Shown here: one piece after another, positions 11,850-22,000 of the stretch | Layout: every line of letters begins with the position of its first letter | How positions within the stretch are numbered: position 1 is the first letter of the stretch | Source: an uncultured Clostridia bacterium | GTDB lineage: Bacteria > Bacillota > Clostridia > Christensenellales > CAG-917 | NCBI GenBank assembly: GCA_947589475.1 | Contig: CANQBO010000004.1 | Span: 2,547 to 66,546, forward strand | DNA length: 64,000 nucleotides | Direction: 5' to 3' | Made by a program: the position numbers and the translations under genes | Notes under the pieces: model-generated | The model's input: only the letters and a program-made list of their open reading frames with translations | Told to the model about the DNA's origin: nothing | Databases searched by the model: none

Positions 11850-12881
11850 ATGGCAGATAAGATCCAAAAGCCAAAGTCAAGAGAGGAAAGCCTTCAGGAC
11901 GCCCTCGATAAGATAGAAAAGCAATTCGGCAAAGGCTCGATAATGCGCCTCGGCGACGACAACGTGCAACCCGTCGAGGCAATATCGACGGGCTGTCTCA
12001 CCCTCGACATCGCGCTCGGCATAGGCGGCATTCCGAAGGGCAGGATAATCGAGATATACGGACCCGAATCGTCGGGCAAGACTACGGTCGCCCTGCATTG
12101 CGTTGCGGAAGTGCAAAAGGCGGGCGGCACGGCGGCTTTCATCGACGCGGAACACGCGATAGACCCCGTGTACGCGCAAAATCTGGGAGTGAGGCTCGAA
12201 GACCTCTACATTTCTCAACCCGACGACGGCGAGCAAGCTCTTGACATCTGCGAGACGCTTGTGAGAAGCGGCGCGGTGGACATAATCGTCGTGGACTCCG
12301 TCGCGGCGCTCACTCCGCGCGCCGAGATAGACGGCGACATGGGGGACAGCCACGTCGGACTTCAGGCGAGGCTGATGTCACAGGCGCTACGCAAACTGAC
12401 CGCCGTCTCGTCAAAGAGCAAGTGCACCATAATCTTCATAAATCAGTTGCGTGAAAAAGTGGGCGTCATGTACGGCAATCCCGAGACGACGACGGGCGGC
12501 AAAGCGTTGAAATTTTACGCTTCCGTTCGTATAGATATACGAAAAAAAGACTCCGTCAAGGACGGCGCCGACATCATCGGCAATCACGTCGCGGCAAAGA
12601 TCGTCAAAAACAAGGTCGCGCCTCCCTTCAAAGTCGCCGAGTTTGACATCATGTACGGAAAGGGCATATCGAATACCGCGTGCGTGCTCGACCTCGCCGT
12701 CGAAGCGGGCGTCGTGCAAAAGGGCGGCAGTTGGTTCAGCTACAACGACGAGAAGATAGGTCAGGGCAGGGACAAGACCGTCGCCTACCTCGAGGCAAAC
12801 CCCGACGTATTCGCCGAGATCGACGCAAAAGTCAGAGCAAAATATTCCATCGGCATGAGACCCGCCTCCGACGAGGACTAA
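11850..12881 (+). CDS. recA: Recombinase RecA
   Basis: [35 protein letters not shown]. Confidence 0.99.
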   Translation: MADKIQKPKSREESLQDALDKIEKQFGKGSIMRLGDDNVQPVEAISTGCLTLDIALGIGGIPKGRIIEIYGPESSGKTTVALHCVAEVQKAGGTAAFIDAEHAIDPVYAQNLGVRLEDLYISQPDDGEQALDICETLVRSGAVDIIVVDSVAALTPRAEIDGDMGDSHVGLQARLMSQALRKLTAVSSKSKCTIIFINQLREKVGVMYGNPETTTGGKALKFYASVRIDIRKKDSVKDGADIIGNHVAAKIVKNKVAPPFKVAEFDIMYGKGISNTACVLDLAVEAGVVQKGGSWFSYNDEKIGQGRDKTVAYLEANPDVFAEIDAKVRAKYSIGMRPASDED

Positions 12882-12890
12882 GCAAATTTG

Positions 12891-13030
12891 TATGTGGGGT
12901 TCCGCCCCACGCCCCGGCAAGGGACTTCGTCCCCTGCACTCCAAGCTAAAAACGCGCGAATGTGGCTCTTTTATCGCACACATTCGCGCTTTTTTGATTG
13001 TTTGCAAGGACAAACTCCTGCGTGAGAGCT
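12891..13030 (+). repeat. Composite 3' element copy 1 (hairpins plus intrinsic terminator plus conserved tail) after recA
   Basis: AAGCTAAAAACGCG-stem-TTTTT-N-AAACTCC(T/C)GCGTGAGA is shared with 43314-43460 (+) and 33615-33845 (-). Confidence 0.8.
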
Positions 13031-13085
13031 TGTTATTTACGCTTGCATTGTCCGAGCGCGCTTATACACGCCGTGCGCCGTTTGT

Positions 13086-14465
13086 TCAAATCTCGTGGGT
13101 ATAGGCGTCGGTGTAGACGAGGCGGGCGATGTGGATGGGACGGAAGAGCTTCTTGTGGATGTAGGCGGTGTAGGCTATGGTGAGAATGAGCACGGCGGCT
13201 TCCGAGATGGGCAGGGCGAGCATTACTCCGTCGAGACCCATGCCGAGAGGCAAGGTGTAGATGAGCAAAGACGAGAGCGCGAAGCTTCTGAGCACGGATA
13301 TTGACATCGCCATGCGGGAGCGGGATATTGACTGCAGATAGTAGACTCCCAGCACGTTGAAACCCATCACGACAAACCACAGCGAAAAGAGACGCGTCAT
13401 ACGCGGAGTCGCGGCGACGACGTCGGGAGTAGTTGTCATGATGAGGCTTACGACCTCTACGGGAGCAAGCTCCAAAACGGCTGTGAATATTGCCGAGAGG
13501 ACGGCGGTGCAGACTACGCCCAAAGAGAGAGACCTGAGTATGCGATCGGGCTGTCTTGCGCCGTAATTCGCGGAGGATATGGGCTGTACGGCGAGGCCTA
13601 CGCCCCCGAAAAGCGCCTGAAACAGCGCGGCGACGGTGGATATGACCCCAAACACTGCGAGGTTAGCCTCCGTGCCGTATCGCATTATTTGATTGTTCAT
13701 GAGCGTGGAAATGATGACAGTGCCGAGTTCCAGCACGCCCGCGCTGAAGCCTGCAAAAAGTACGACGCCCGTCGTATGGGGGAAGTCCGCGGGCTTTACG
13801 AAGCGCAAGTTGCACCGTTTTTTGAAGAAGTGCAAAAGCATTATCACCGTTTGCAGTCCCGCGCCCAGCACGGTGGCAAGCGCCGCGCCGCGCATGCCCA
13901 TGTGCATGGGAAATACGAAAACTATGTCGCCGATGATGTTGACGACGCCGCCCGTTACGACGGCGGTCATTACGTGCGCGGGAGACTTGTCGTTGCGCAC
14001 GAAACAGCCGAGGAAGTTGGGGATCACAAAAAGCGGCATACAATAGACGATCAGATCGCCGTATTCTAGCACTTTGGGCAATATCGCGTCGTTTGCGCCG
14101 AAGAGACGGAATATCTGCTCCTTGCAAGTTATGCTCACAGTCCAGAATACCGCGAGAAGTACGGCAAGGATGATGACGGACACCGTGAAATAAGAGCGTC
14201 CCTTCTTCACGTTGCCTTCGCCGAAGGATTGACTCATCAGCACCGCGCCGCCCATGCCTGAAAGCACGGCGAAAAAGCTCATTATACCAAAATAGGGCAA
14301 CAGCACCGCCATAGCCGCCGCGCCCGCCTCGCTCTCGGACCTGCCGACCGCGATGGTGTCCACAAAACTGTATATGGAAATGACCACCGCGCTTCCCATT
14401 GCGGTGACCAAAAACTTGAAGTAGAGTTTTGAAACGTTGTCCTTCAAAAGATCCATATCGCTCAT
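13086..14465 (-). CDS. MATE family efflux transporter
   Basis: About 12 TM segments in two halves; IYSFVDTIAVG, NIIGDIVFVF.MGMRGAALAT, QPISSANYGA. Confidence 0.9.
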   Translation of the reverse strand: MSDMDLLKDNVSKLYFKFLVTAMGSAVVISIYSFVDTIAVGRSESEAGAAAMAVLLPYFGIMSFFAVLSGMGGAVLMSQSFGEGNVKKGRSYFTVSVIILAVLLAVFWTVSITCKEQIFRLFGANDAILPKVLEYGDLIVYCMPLFVIPNFLGCFVRNDKSPAHVMTAVVTGGVVNIIGDIVFVFPMHMGMRGAALATVLGAGLQTVIMLLHFFKKRCNLRFVKPADFPHTTGVVLFAGFSAGVLELGTVIISTLMNNQIMRYGTEANLAVFGVISTVAALFQALFGGVGLAVQPISSANYGARQPDRILRSLSLGVVCTAVLSAIFTAVLELAPVEVVSLIMTTTPDVVAATPRMTRLFSLWFVVMGFNVLGVYYLQSISRSRMAMSISVLRSFALSSLLIYTLPLGMGLDGVMLALPISEAAVLILTIAYTAYIHKKLFRPIHIARLVYTDAYTHEI

Positions 14466-14841
14466 ATATGATAACATATCGGCGAAATATATGCAATCAA
14501 ACGCGCTTGCAAGCGCAAGTTAAAATTTAAAGCGAGAGCAAGAAAAGTCATAAGCGCGACGCATCGATCAACTTGCGCGTCAAGCAACGAAGAGGCGGAT
14601 ACAGAGGCATTTGGGCATATCGGATGCGAACATATAAAAGGCTCATATTTTGTCGCGCGCGGGCATATCCGAGACGGAAAATGGCATATGTCCGGGGATA
14701 TTCGCATTTAAAATACAAAAAATGCACAGATATATTGTAGAGATTTTAATATTTTCTCTTGATTTATTGCAGGATTATGTTATTATATTTCTATAAGGTA
14801 GACCGTAAAATAATACGGTATAACAAAGCGGAGGTAAATTT

Positions 14842-15642
14842 ATGTCGAAATTTTTATGCTCGAATTGCAAAACTCCCGTCGAAGTGACTCCCGACGTCAA
14901 AGTTGTCGTGTGTCCCGGATGCGGAAAGAAGTACAGAAATCCCAAATATGCAGAGCCAACGCCTCAGGCGGAACTTGCGCCCGCGCAGGCGCCTACGCCG
15001 ACGCCGGCACCCGCTCCCGCGCCTAAGCCTCAAGTGCCCAGTTTGGCGTGCCGCGGTTGCGGACATCCCATCGAGCTTACGCCCGATCTCGCGGTCCTCA
15101 CATGCCCGGAATGCGGCAAGAAATATAAAAATCCGAATTATGCAGCGCCGACGCAAGCTCCCGCACCGTATGCGCCCGCACCTACGCCTACGCCCGCGAC
15201 GGAATCGACTCCCGCATACGAGTCTGCTCCCGCGTATACACCCGCTCCCGAGGCAGGATCTGCTCCGTCCTACGATGCAACACCCTCTCCCGACGCGCCC
15301 GCCGCTCCCGCCGTTGCCCCGACGAGCAAGTTTACGGGCACGATGATAAGCTGGCTGGGACACCACCTCTTCAATATGTTGATGTTGGTCATCACGCTCG
15401 GCTTAGCGTATCCGTGGATCGTCTGCCGCAAATATCGTTGGAAGATAGACCGCCAGATCATAGACGGACACAAACTCAAATTCGAAGGCAAGGGCGGCTC
15501 TTTGTTCGGACATTGGCTGTTGTGGGCATTCCTCACAATCATCACAGTCGGCATCTACGGTCTGTGGGTTCCCTGCAAGATCCAGCGTTGGATCACGGAG
15601 CGCACGCATATCGACGAGACATACGTCGCGCCTCAAGAATAA
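14842..15642 (+). CDS. Double zinc-ribbon, Pro/Ala-linker membrane protein with DUF898/YjgN-like C-terminus
   Basis: Two CxxC..CPxC modules; Pro/Ala linker; duplicated F.G...L..IT.G....W membrane repeat; GGAGG RBS. Confidence 0.75.
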   Translation: MSKFLCSNCKTPVEVTPDVKVVVCPGCGKKYRNPKYAEPTPQAELAPAQAPTPTPAPAPAPKPQVPSLACRGCGHPIELTPDLAVLTCPECGKKYKNPNYAAPTQAPAPYAPAPTPTPATESTPAYESAPAYTPAPEAGSAPSYDATPSPDAPAAPAVAPTSKFTGTMISWLGHHLFNMLMLVITLGLAYPWIVCRKYRWKIDRQIIDGHKLKFEGKGGSLFGHWLLWAFLTIITVGIYGLWVPCKIQRWITERTHIDETYVAPQE

Positions 15643-15665
15643 CTTCTAAATTTTAGATCATCTTA

Positions 15666-15699
15666 AAAAACGGCTCCTTTTTGGAGTCGTTTTTCGTTT
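15666..15699 (+). terminator. Intrinsic terminator
   Basis: AAAAACGGCTCC-TTTTT-GGAGTCGTTTTT. Confidence 0.75.
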
Positions 15700-15878
15700 G
15701 CCTCGACGTGGAAATATGTAAATGTCGTGCTAGGGCGGCGCGGATAAGGTCAAGCCAAAATCAATTCGATTTTGATTGCATAATTTGCACGGTTATTCTT
15801 AAAAAAAAGCAGATAATCGGCACATATAAATTGTAAAAACGCTTTTGAGGCAAGCTTTTGTTCGTTTTGCGTATTTAG

Positions 15879-16027
15879 TTAGGGCGCAGGGGGTGAGATC
15901 TCTTGCCGCGGTGTAGGCGCGTAGCCCACATATGGCGGTGAAACCCTCCGACGGGCTGTAGGGTGGGACTACGCATAGTGAGAGCGTGGCAAGTAGAGGG
16001 ATAAATATATAAGGGGGATGCGCTTAG
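15879..16027 (+). ncRNA. Candidate free-standing structured RNA, 6S-like rod with bubble
   Basis: Nested stems 15902-15910/15985-15993, 15919-15929/15963-15974, 15931-15936/15955-15960, a closing stem GGCGCA/TGCGCT, G-U pairs favouring the + strand; lies between convergent genes. Confidence 0.4.
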
Positions 16028-16036
16028 TCCACAATA

Positions 16037-16918
16037 TCACTTGAAAAAATTGTTCAGTGCGGTTTCAAAATCCTCGGGATGGGAGGCGCGGGAGAGGGGC
16101 GAGAAGCAAGCGGCGAGGGCGTCTGCCGCGATATCGAGAGAGAAGCAATGTTTGAGCATATGGGGAAGGGCGAGGACGAGGCAGGAAGAACAGACGACGG
16201 GCGAGTAGAGCGCGAGCGCGCTGTCGCCGAAGTATGCCTCGAAGCCGTCGTCGTCCGCGGCGGACCACGCTATATCTGCGAAAAGTCGGGATCCCAAAAG
16301 CAGATAGTCGTCGAGACATATCTTTTCGCCGTCCAAAAGAAGGGTGCGCGAAATTTTATCGAAATTTTGCAAAAAGTCGCATATGTCGCACATTTTGAGG
16401 GGCACCGAGGGATAATCCTCGTTGATGTCGGACGTTATTTTGCGCCACAAAAGAGAGGTTGCAAGCCGTCCGCCTCTGTCAAGCAATATGACGCCTTTGT
16501 CCTTTTGCATTGCAAACTCGTAGGCGACTCGTGCGACGCGCTCTATCTCAAGTTCCGAAAAATATTCCACATCGTAGGCGGCGCGCCCGAAAGTTGCGTT
16601 TTCTTCATATCCGCTCCTGTCGCCGTAAATGCCCGACGTCGCGTTTGTCACAAGTTCTATTTCTCCCGCTCGCAGGGAAGTATGCAGTCCCAGCTCCTTT
16701 TGAAGCGCCGCCGCCATGCCGCTCTCTTTTGCGTCCGCGCCCACGAGCACCGCACCCGCGCTCTTCGCGGCGGACACGGCGCCGAGTTTGCCGCATATGG
16801 CGGGCAACGCCTCAAGTTTGAGGGGAATGTCAAAGCGCGCTTTCAGTTTGTCGATGGCGAGTCGGGTGAGCTTGAGCGCGGGATCCCCGTCCATGAAAAA
16901 CGCAACTATTTTATTCAT
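16037..16918 (-). CDS. Degenerate isocitrate/isopropylmalate dehydrogenase family protein (LeuB-like)
   Basis: EIERVARVAYEFA, TSLLWRKI, EDYPSV, LFADI resemble LeuB; DKAN, NMFGDILSD and EPxHGSAPD motifs are lost. Confidence 0.7.
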   Translation of the reverse strand: MNKIVAFFMDGDPALKLTRLAIDKLKARFDIPLKLEALPAICGKLGAVSAAKSAGAVLVGADAKESGMAAALQKELGLHTSLRAGEIELVTNATSGIYGDRSGYEENATFGRAAYDVEYFSELEIERVARVAYEFAMQKDKGVILLDRGGRLATSLLWRKITSDINEDYPSVPLKMCDICDFLQNFDKISRTLLLDGEKICLDDYLLLGSRLFADIAWSAADDDGFEAYFGDSALALYSPVVCSSCLVLALPHMLKHCFSLDIAADALAACFSPLSRASHPEDFETALNNFFK

Positions 16919-18701
16919 CGTTGTCTCCTTTGTCCGATGGCGCGCCGACATCTTCGGCATGGTCTGCTGAAGGCGCGGAGTCTATTTCGTTCTCTGCGTC
17001 GTCTGCCATAGACAAAACCGTTTCCATAAACTTTGTCGGCTCATTCTCCGCGTTTGCCGAGATCGCTTTGCGCAATCGACGAGGGAAATGCAGTTTGCCG
17101 AGATGGTCAAACGGGCTTACGATCTCCTCGACGTGCGCGTCGAAGTCCTCGGGGTCATCCACTTCCGCGCACAGCGTGAGCTTGTCGCCTACGTGCAGGA
17201 CGGTTTCGGTTTCGGGCACGACGTTTTCGTTGCCTCTCTCCAGCAATTTGAAGGTCGTGCCTTCTTGCCAAAGCAGGTCGCCCAGCTGTTTGCCCGCGGC
17301 GAGGGACGCTTCGCCTATGCGCGCGGTATATTCGTGCAAGCCTCTCTTCAAACCGTGTCCGAAACGCTCCTCCATATCCTCGAGCAGGAAGTCATAGAGC
17401 GGCTTGACGGAGAATATTTCGCTCAGCATATAGCCTATAAACACGCCCAGCACGACGGGCAGGAGCAGGGTGGACTGCCACGTGAATTCCACAACGAAGA
17501 TCAACGCGGTGAGCGGAGCCTTGACCGTCGCGGCGAATATCGTCGCCATACATATGAGCACGATGTAGTCCGTAAACGCCGCGTCCATGCCCATGAGGAC
17601 GAGAAGGCGTGACATCAACGCGCCGACAAGCGCGCCCAAAGATATTATAGGCACGAATATGCCGCCCGGTACGCCCGCGCCTATGCCGAGCACGAGGCTC
17701 ACCAGCCTTAGGACGATTATGATGACGAGCGTCGCCGCTATGGGTGTGCCGAATACAAGACCCAGCGACATCTGTCCTTCGCCGCCGTTTGTGGCGAGCA
17801 TATTGATGAGCGAGTGCCCGCCGCCCGTCGCGTACACCGTGACAAGTCCCGCCGCGCCCGCAAAGAGGAAGGGAATGAGATATCTGACGGCGCCTTTGAG
17901 CGCGGTGATCTTCATCATGCGTTTTCTGCCGAATTTGACAAGATAGAACAAAAGCACGCCGACAAGTCCGCTGACAAGCGCGGCAAGCGCGACGTACAAA
18001 TAGCCAATCGCGGGCATCTGCACAAGTTTGAAACCTATAAGCTCGCTCTCTATCTCCAGCCCGAGCGCAAGGTGCAACAGGTTGCGCGTTATCACCGCGG
18101 ATATGACCGCGGAAAATGAGCATATGAGTATGGACGGCGTAAAGCGACGATGCGCCTCTTCAAGCGCGAACACTATGCCCGTGAGAGGCGCGTTTGCCGC
18201 GACTGCCACGCCCGCGCACGCTCCGCCCGTAATCTGATAGCGTCGCTCCATATCCGTACTGCCAAACGGCCTGCTTACGGCGTCGCCGCACATGCCGCCT
18301 ATGAACATGCTCGGACCCTCAGCGCCCGCGCTTAGCCCCATAAATATGCTGATAAGGCTCGCCGCCGCCATAGCGGGGAGCATTTGATACCACTTCATCT
18401 TGAGAAGCCCGCGGGTCACGCCCTCCGTCTGCGGAACTCCGTTGGAGCCGAGCATGGGCAGAAAACGATTGAGCGTGCCCACCATAAACGCGCCTACCGC
18501 CAGCACCAAAAAAAGCAGAGGCACAAACGCGGGACGCGCCTGCACGCTCTCGTAGATGTTGTAGGAATGCTCGGACAGCACCTCCGTCGCCAGCGCGAAA
18601 AACGTGACGACCACGCCCACCGTCAGCCCCGTAAGTATGCCGACCAGCATGACCGTGACGCTCTTCCTGTACATGTTTTGAAGTATCTGCCTTTTTGTCA
18701 T
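16911..18701 (-). CDS. ClC family H+/Cl- exchange transporter with TrkA-C-like C-terminal domain
   Basis: SNGVP, GAEGP, NAPLTG.VFALEE, GGIFVP, KAPLTA, PLY motifs. Confidence 0.9.
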   Translation of the reverse strand: MTKRQILQNMYRKSVTVMLVGILTGLTVGVVVTFFALATEVLSEHSYNIYESVQARPAFVPLLFLVLAVGAFMVGTLNRFLPMLGSNGVPQTEGVTRGLLKMKWYQMLPAMAAASLISIFMGLSAGAEGPSMFIGGMCGDAVSRPFGSTDMERRYQITGGACAGVAVAANAPLTGIVFALEEAHRRFTPSILICSFSAVISAVITRNLLHLALGLEIESELIGFKLVQMPAIGYLYVALAALVSGLVGVLLFYLVKFGRKRMMKITALKGAVRYLIPFLFAGAAGLVTVYATGGGHSLINMLATNGGEGQMSLGLVFGTPIAATLVIIIVLRLVSLVLGIGAGVPGGIFVPIISLGALVGALMSRLLVLMGMDAAFTDYIVLICMATIFAATVKAPLTALIFVVEFTWQSTLLLPVVLGVFIGYMLSEIFSVKPLYDFLLEDMEERFGHGLKRGLHEYTARIGEASLAAGKQLGDLLWQEGTTFKLLERGNENVVPETETVLHVGDKLTLCAEVDDPEDFDAHVEEIVSPFDHLGKLHFPRRLRKAISANAENEPTKFMETVLSMADDAENEIDSAPSADHAEDVGAPSDKGDNDE

Positions 18702-18855
18702 ATGCCCCGCCAAAACCAAATTATATCCAAATTATAATACGCCTATTGCGAAAAAGCAAGTTGATAGGGGAAGGACAAGAACATACACAATGCAAAAACC
18801 AGACGGGATAATCAAGCAAATCGCAAAATGCGGCGGTGCCAAATCGTCAAGGTTG

Positions 18856-18884
18856 TTGACTATGCGCGGGCAGGGTGCTATAAT
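18856..18884 (+). promoter_or_regulatory. Near-consensus sigma70 promoter upstream of LRR gene
   Basis: TTGACT-17 bp-TATAAT with extended -10 TG. Confidence 0.8.
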
Positions 18885-18889
18885 GACAC

Positions 18890-19056
18890 TGCCACAACTT
18901 TATAATTTACTACTTTTCTGCACTTACTATTGGGTAACAAGTGCATTTCTTGGTATGCGGAAAGTAGTAGCATATTAAGGTTGTGGCAAATCGGCAAGAG
19001 TGCACTTGTTATATTTGACTGCTTCGTGAATGTGCGCCCTTGTCGGGCGCATTTTT
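18890..19056 (+). ncRNA. Structured leader or small RNA (long hairpin, potential pseudoknot, terminator)
   Basis: Stems 18890-18900/18978-18988 and 18908-18922/18956-18969; loop 18935-18952 complementary to 18995-19011; terminator TGCGCCC-TTGTC-GGGCGCA-TTTTT at 19033-19056. Confidence 0.55.
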
Positions 19057-19095
19057 CGTATATCAAAACGGGCGCAAGCCCGAAAGGAGTAAAAC

Positions 19096-22000
19096 ATGAA
19101 ACGTAAAGGCAAAATATTTATAGCCCTGCTTGCGGTGGCGCTTCTGCTGTGTATCGCGGCAGTCACGCTTGCCGCATGCGATCCGAAAGAGCAATCGATT
19201 GTGGGTCATACAGGCAGATATTACGAGTATAATGGCGGCATCAAAGCCCCGAATCTGTGGGTAGATATTCAAGCCGACGGGTGGGTCGATGACGCAGGGC
19301 TGAGAGGTACATACAAACTCAGCGGGAGCGCCATATCCCTATATTGTGATGGAGAACTTCTGTTTGAAGGCACTCTTGAAAACGGAGTGTTGACAATTTA
19401 TATCTTAGGCGTTCCCACAAAGTACTATAAGGACGGCTTTGGCCCGTCAAGCGGGTCTCAAACGCCGACTACCCCCGACGAAAAGCCGGAAGAGAAACCG
19501 GAAAACACCAAATGTACCGTGACATATCATGCAAACGGCGGGATATTTTCGGGAGATAACGAGATTTACAGCATCACGGTGAATAAAAATTCCAAACTGA
19601 CCGCGCCCACGTCCCCGACTCGCCTCAATCACACATTTTTCGGTTGGTCGAAAAAGTCAAACAGTTCGGACCTATGGAATTTTGATACAGACACTGTCGA
19701 GAGCGACCTCGACCTGTATGCCGTATGGCAACAGCGTTCCGCCGTCATATTCAGCGTTGAAGGCGCAAGCATAGACGGGACGGACATCTTCATGCTTGTT
19801 GACAGAAACACCACTCAAGTGTCTTTGTCAAATATGATAGTATGTAGCAACGATAGCACGTGGGAGCTTTACTATGACAGCCTCGGACAGACAAAGATAC
19901 CCACAAAGATAGCCGCAAGCAAAAACGGGCATCTCAATGACGGCGCAAATGATTTTTGGATCGTCGTCACATCAAAAGATAATGTCCAAACAAATGTATA
20001 TCAGCTCACCGTGTATCGCAGTTATGCCGTCCCTGTCAATTATATGGACGGACTTTCGCTTTTGAAAGCGGAAACGGCATATACGGGATATGAATATTCT
20101 TTGCGTTATACTCCGAATATAAAAGGCTACAAATTTAATGGGTGGAAGATAGATGGCGAAACAGCGACCACTGTCACGCCATGGGGCGCCGTAAATGTGG
20201 ATGTGGACAAAACGGCAAATAAATATCAAGTAAATTTCAATGAAAACGGCGGCACTTTGTCAAGCGGCGATAAAGCCCCTGTGACAGTAACTTATGATGA
20301 CGAATTCGACTTTCCCATCCCGTCTCGCACGGGTTATTCCTTCAAAGGTTGGGAGTATGATGGCAAGCTTTTGTCCGATTTGGGCGGCAATTCGCTCACG
20401 GGTTGGGACATCGCTCAGTCTGTCACCGTAAAGGCGAAGTGGGAAGCAAATCAATACAAAGTGACAATAAAGTCCGACAACGTCGAAATGGGCACAGTTT
20501 CTGATGAGGGCGACCATGAGTGGGACTATGACTCCACCCATACCCTCACAGCCAACACAAATGAGGGGTGCACTTTCATGGGTTGGTATGATAATGACAA
20601 ATTGCTTTCGCGTGAGCTGAATTATCAAATAACCGTGAGCACTACAAATCCGACTTACACCGCGAAGTGGTATAAAATTCAAATTGCCCCCGAAGATAAA
20701 AGTCAAGGCATCACAGTGGAATTAAACAACACATACATAGTAGGACAAGAAGTTTATATTGAAGCAACACCATATCTCGGTTATGATTTTGCAGGTTGGT
20801 ATGTTGATGGCAAAAACCTGTCTCAAGAAGAAGAATATATTTATATAATGCCTGAAAATGAAACAAAGGTCATTGCAAAATTCAGCGTTGTACCCGAAAT
20901 GGCAAATTATACTTTTACATCATCTATGACAGAATGCAATATTACAGGAATTGTTGATACATCTGTTGAAGAGATCATCATACCCGACTATGTGACAGGA
21001 GTCTATTCATATGCATTTGATGAGTGTGACAATGTTACATCAGCCACTATACCTGCAATCGCGACGGAAGCCTTGCCTAAAAACAACTTGACCACAGTAA
21101 CTATTACGAGTGGAGAAATTCACAAGAGGGCATTCTTTTATTGCACAAGTTTGCAGACGGTGACAATAGGCGAAGGCGTTACGAGTATAAGCACTGATGC
21201 ATTCCATTATTGCACAGGTTTGACCGAGATTACTATATCCGACAGCGTGACCAGCATAGACTATCGGGCATTCTATGGTTGCACAGGTTTGACCGAGATT
21301 ACTATTCCCGACAGCGTGACAGGCATAGATGATGATGCATTCGAAGGTTGCTACAAGTTGGTTCATATACGCAATTTGAGTGGAGTTCAAATTTTATCTC
21401 CTGCTTGGATTGGAGAAGTTTTGACTACAAAGGACGCTGAATTTCAAAATAAACTTGAACGAGACGACAACGGCATTTGGACTTATACTGTCGGCGATAC
21501 TGTTTATGCAATAAGATATGACGGTGAAAGCACCGATTTGGATCTTCCTCTCAACGAATCAATCGATGCGATTTATCTGTATGCGTTTTATAACTCTCGT
21601 CTTACATCTGTCATAATTCCCGACGGTGTGACAAGCATAGGTGATTATGCATTCGAGGGTTGCACAAGCTTGACCGAGATAACAATTCCCGACGGTGTGA
21701 CAAGCATAGGTGATTATGCATTCGAGGGTTGCACAAGCTTGACCGAGATAACAATTCCCGACGGTGTGACAAGCATAGGTTATTATGCATTCGCTAGTTG
21801 CACAGGTTTACAAACCGCAAATTGGAATGCTACAAATTGCAAAGTACGCGACTATAGATATTCAATTTTCGCAGGGGATACACAGCTTACAACAGTAAAT
21901 ATAGGAGATAAAGTCCAAACTATTCCTTATTGGACATTCTGTGATTGCACGAGTTTGAAGACAGTCACAATAGGAAAAAGTGTGACAAGCATAGGCATTG

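Noticed and set aside
14450-14700. Repeated CATAT motifs between MATE and the zinc-ribbon gene
   Set aside because: Too short and irregularly spaced to support an operator array.
15900-15995. tRNA or SRP RNA
   Set aside because: No TTC-containing T-loop or cloverleaf, and no SRP helix-8 motif.
18890-18988. Invertible promoter switch
   Set aside because: The best promoter lies outside the inverted repeat, the arms contain G-U-type mismatches better explained by RNA pairing, and no invertase is nearby.
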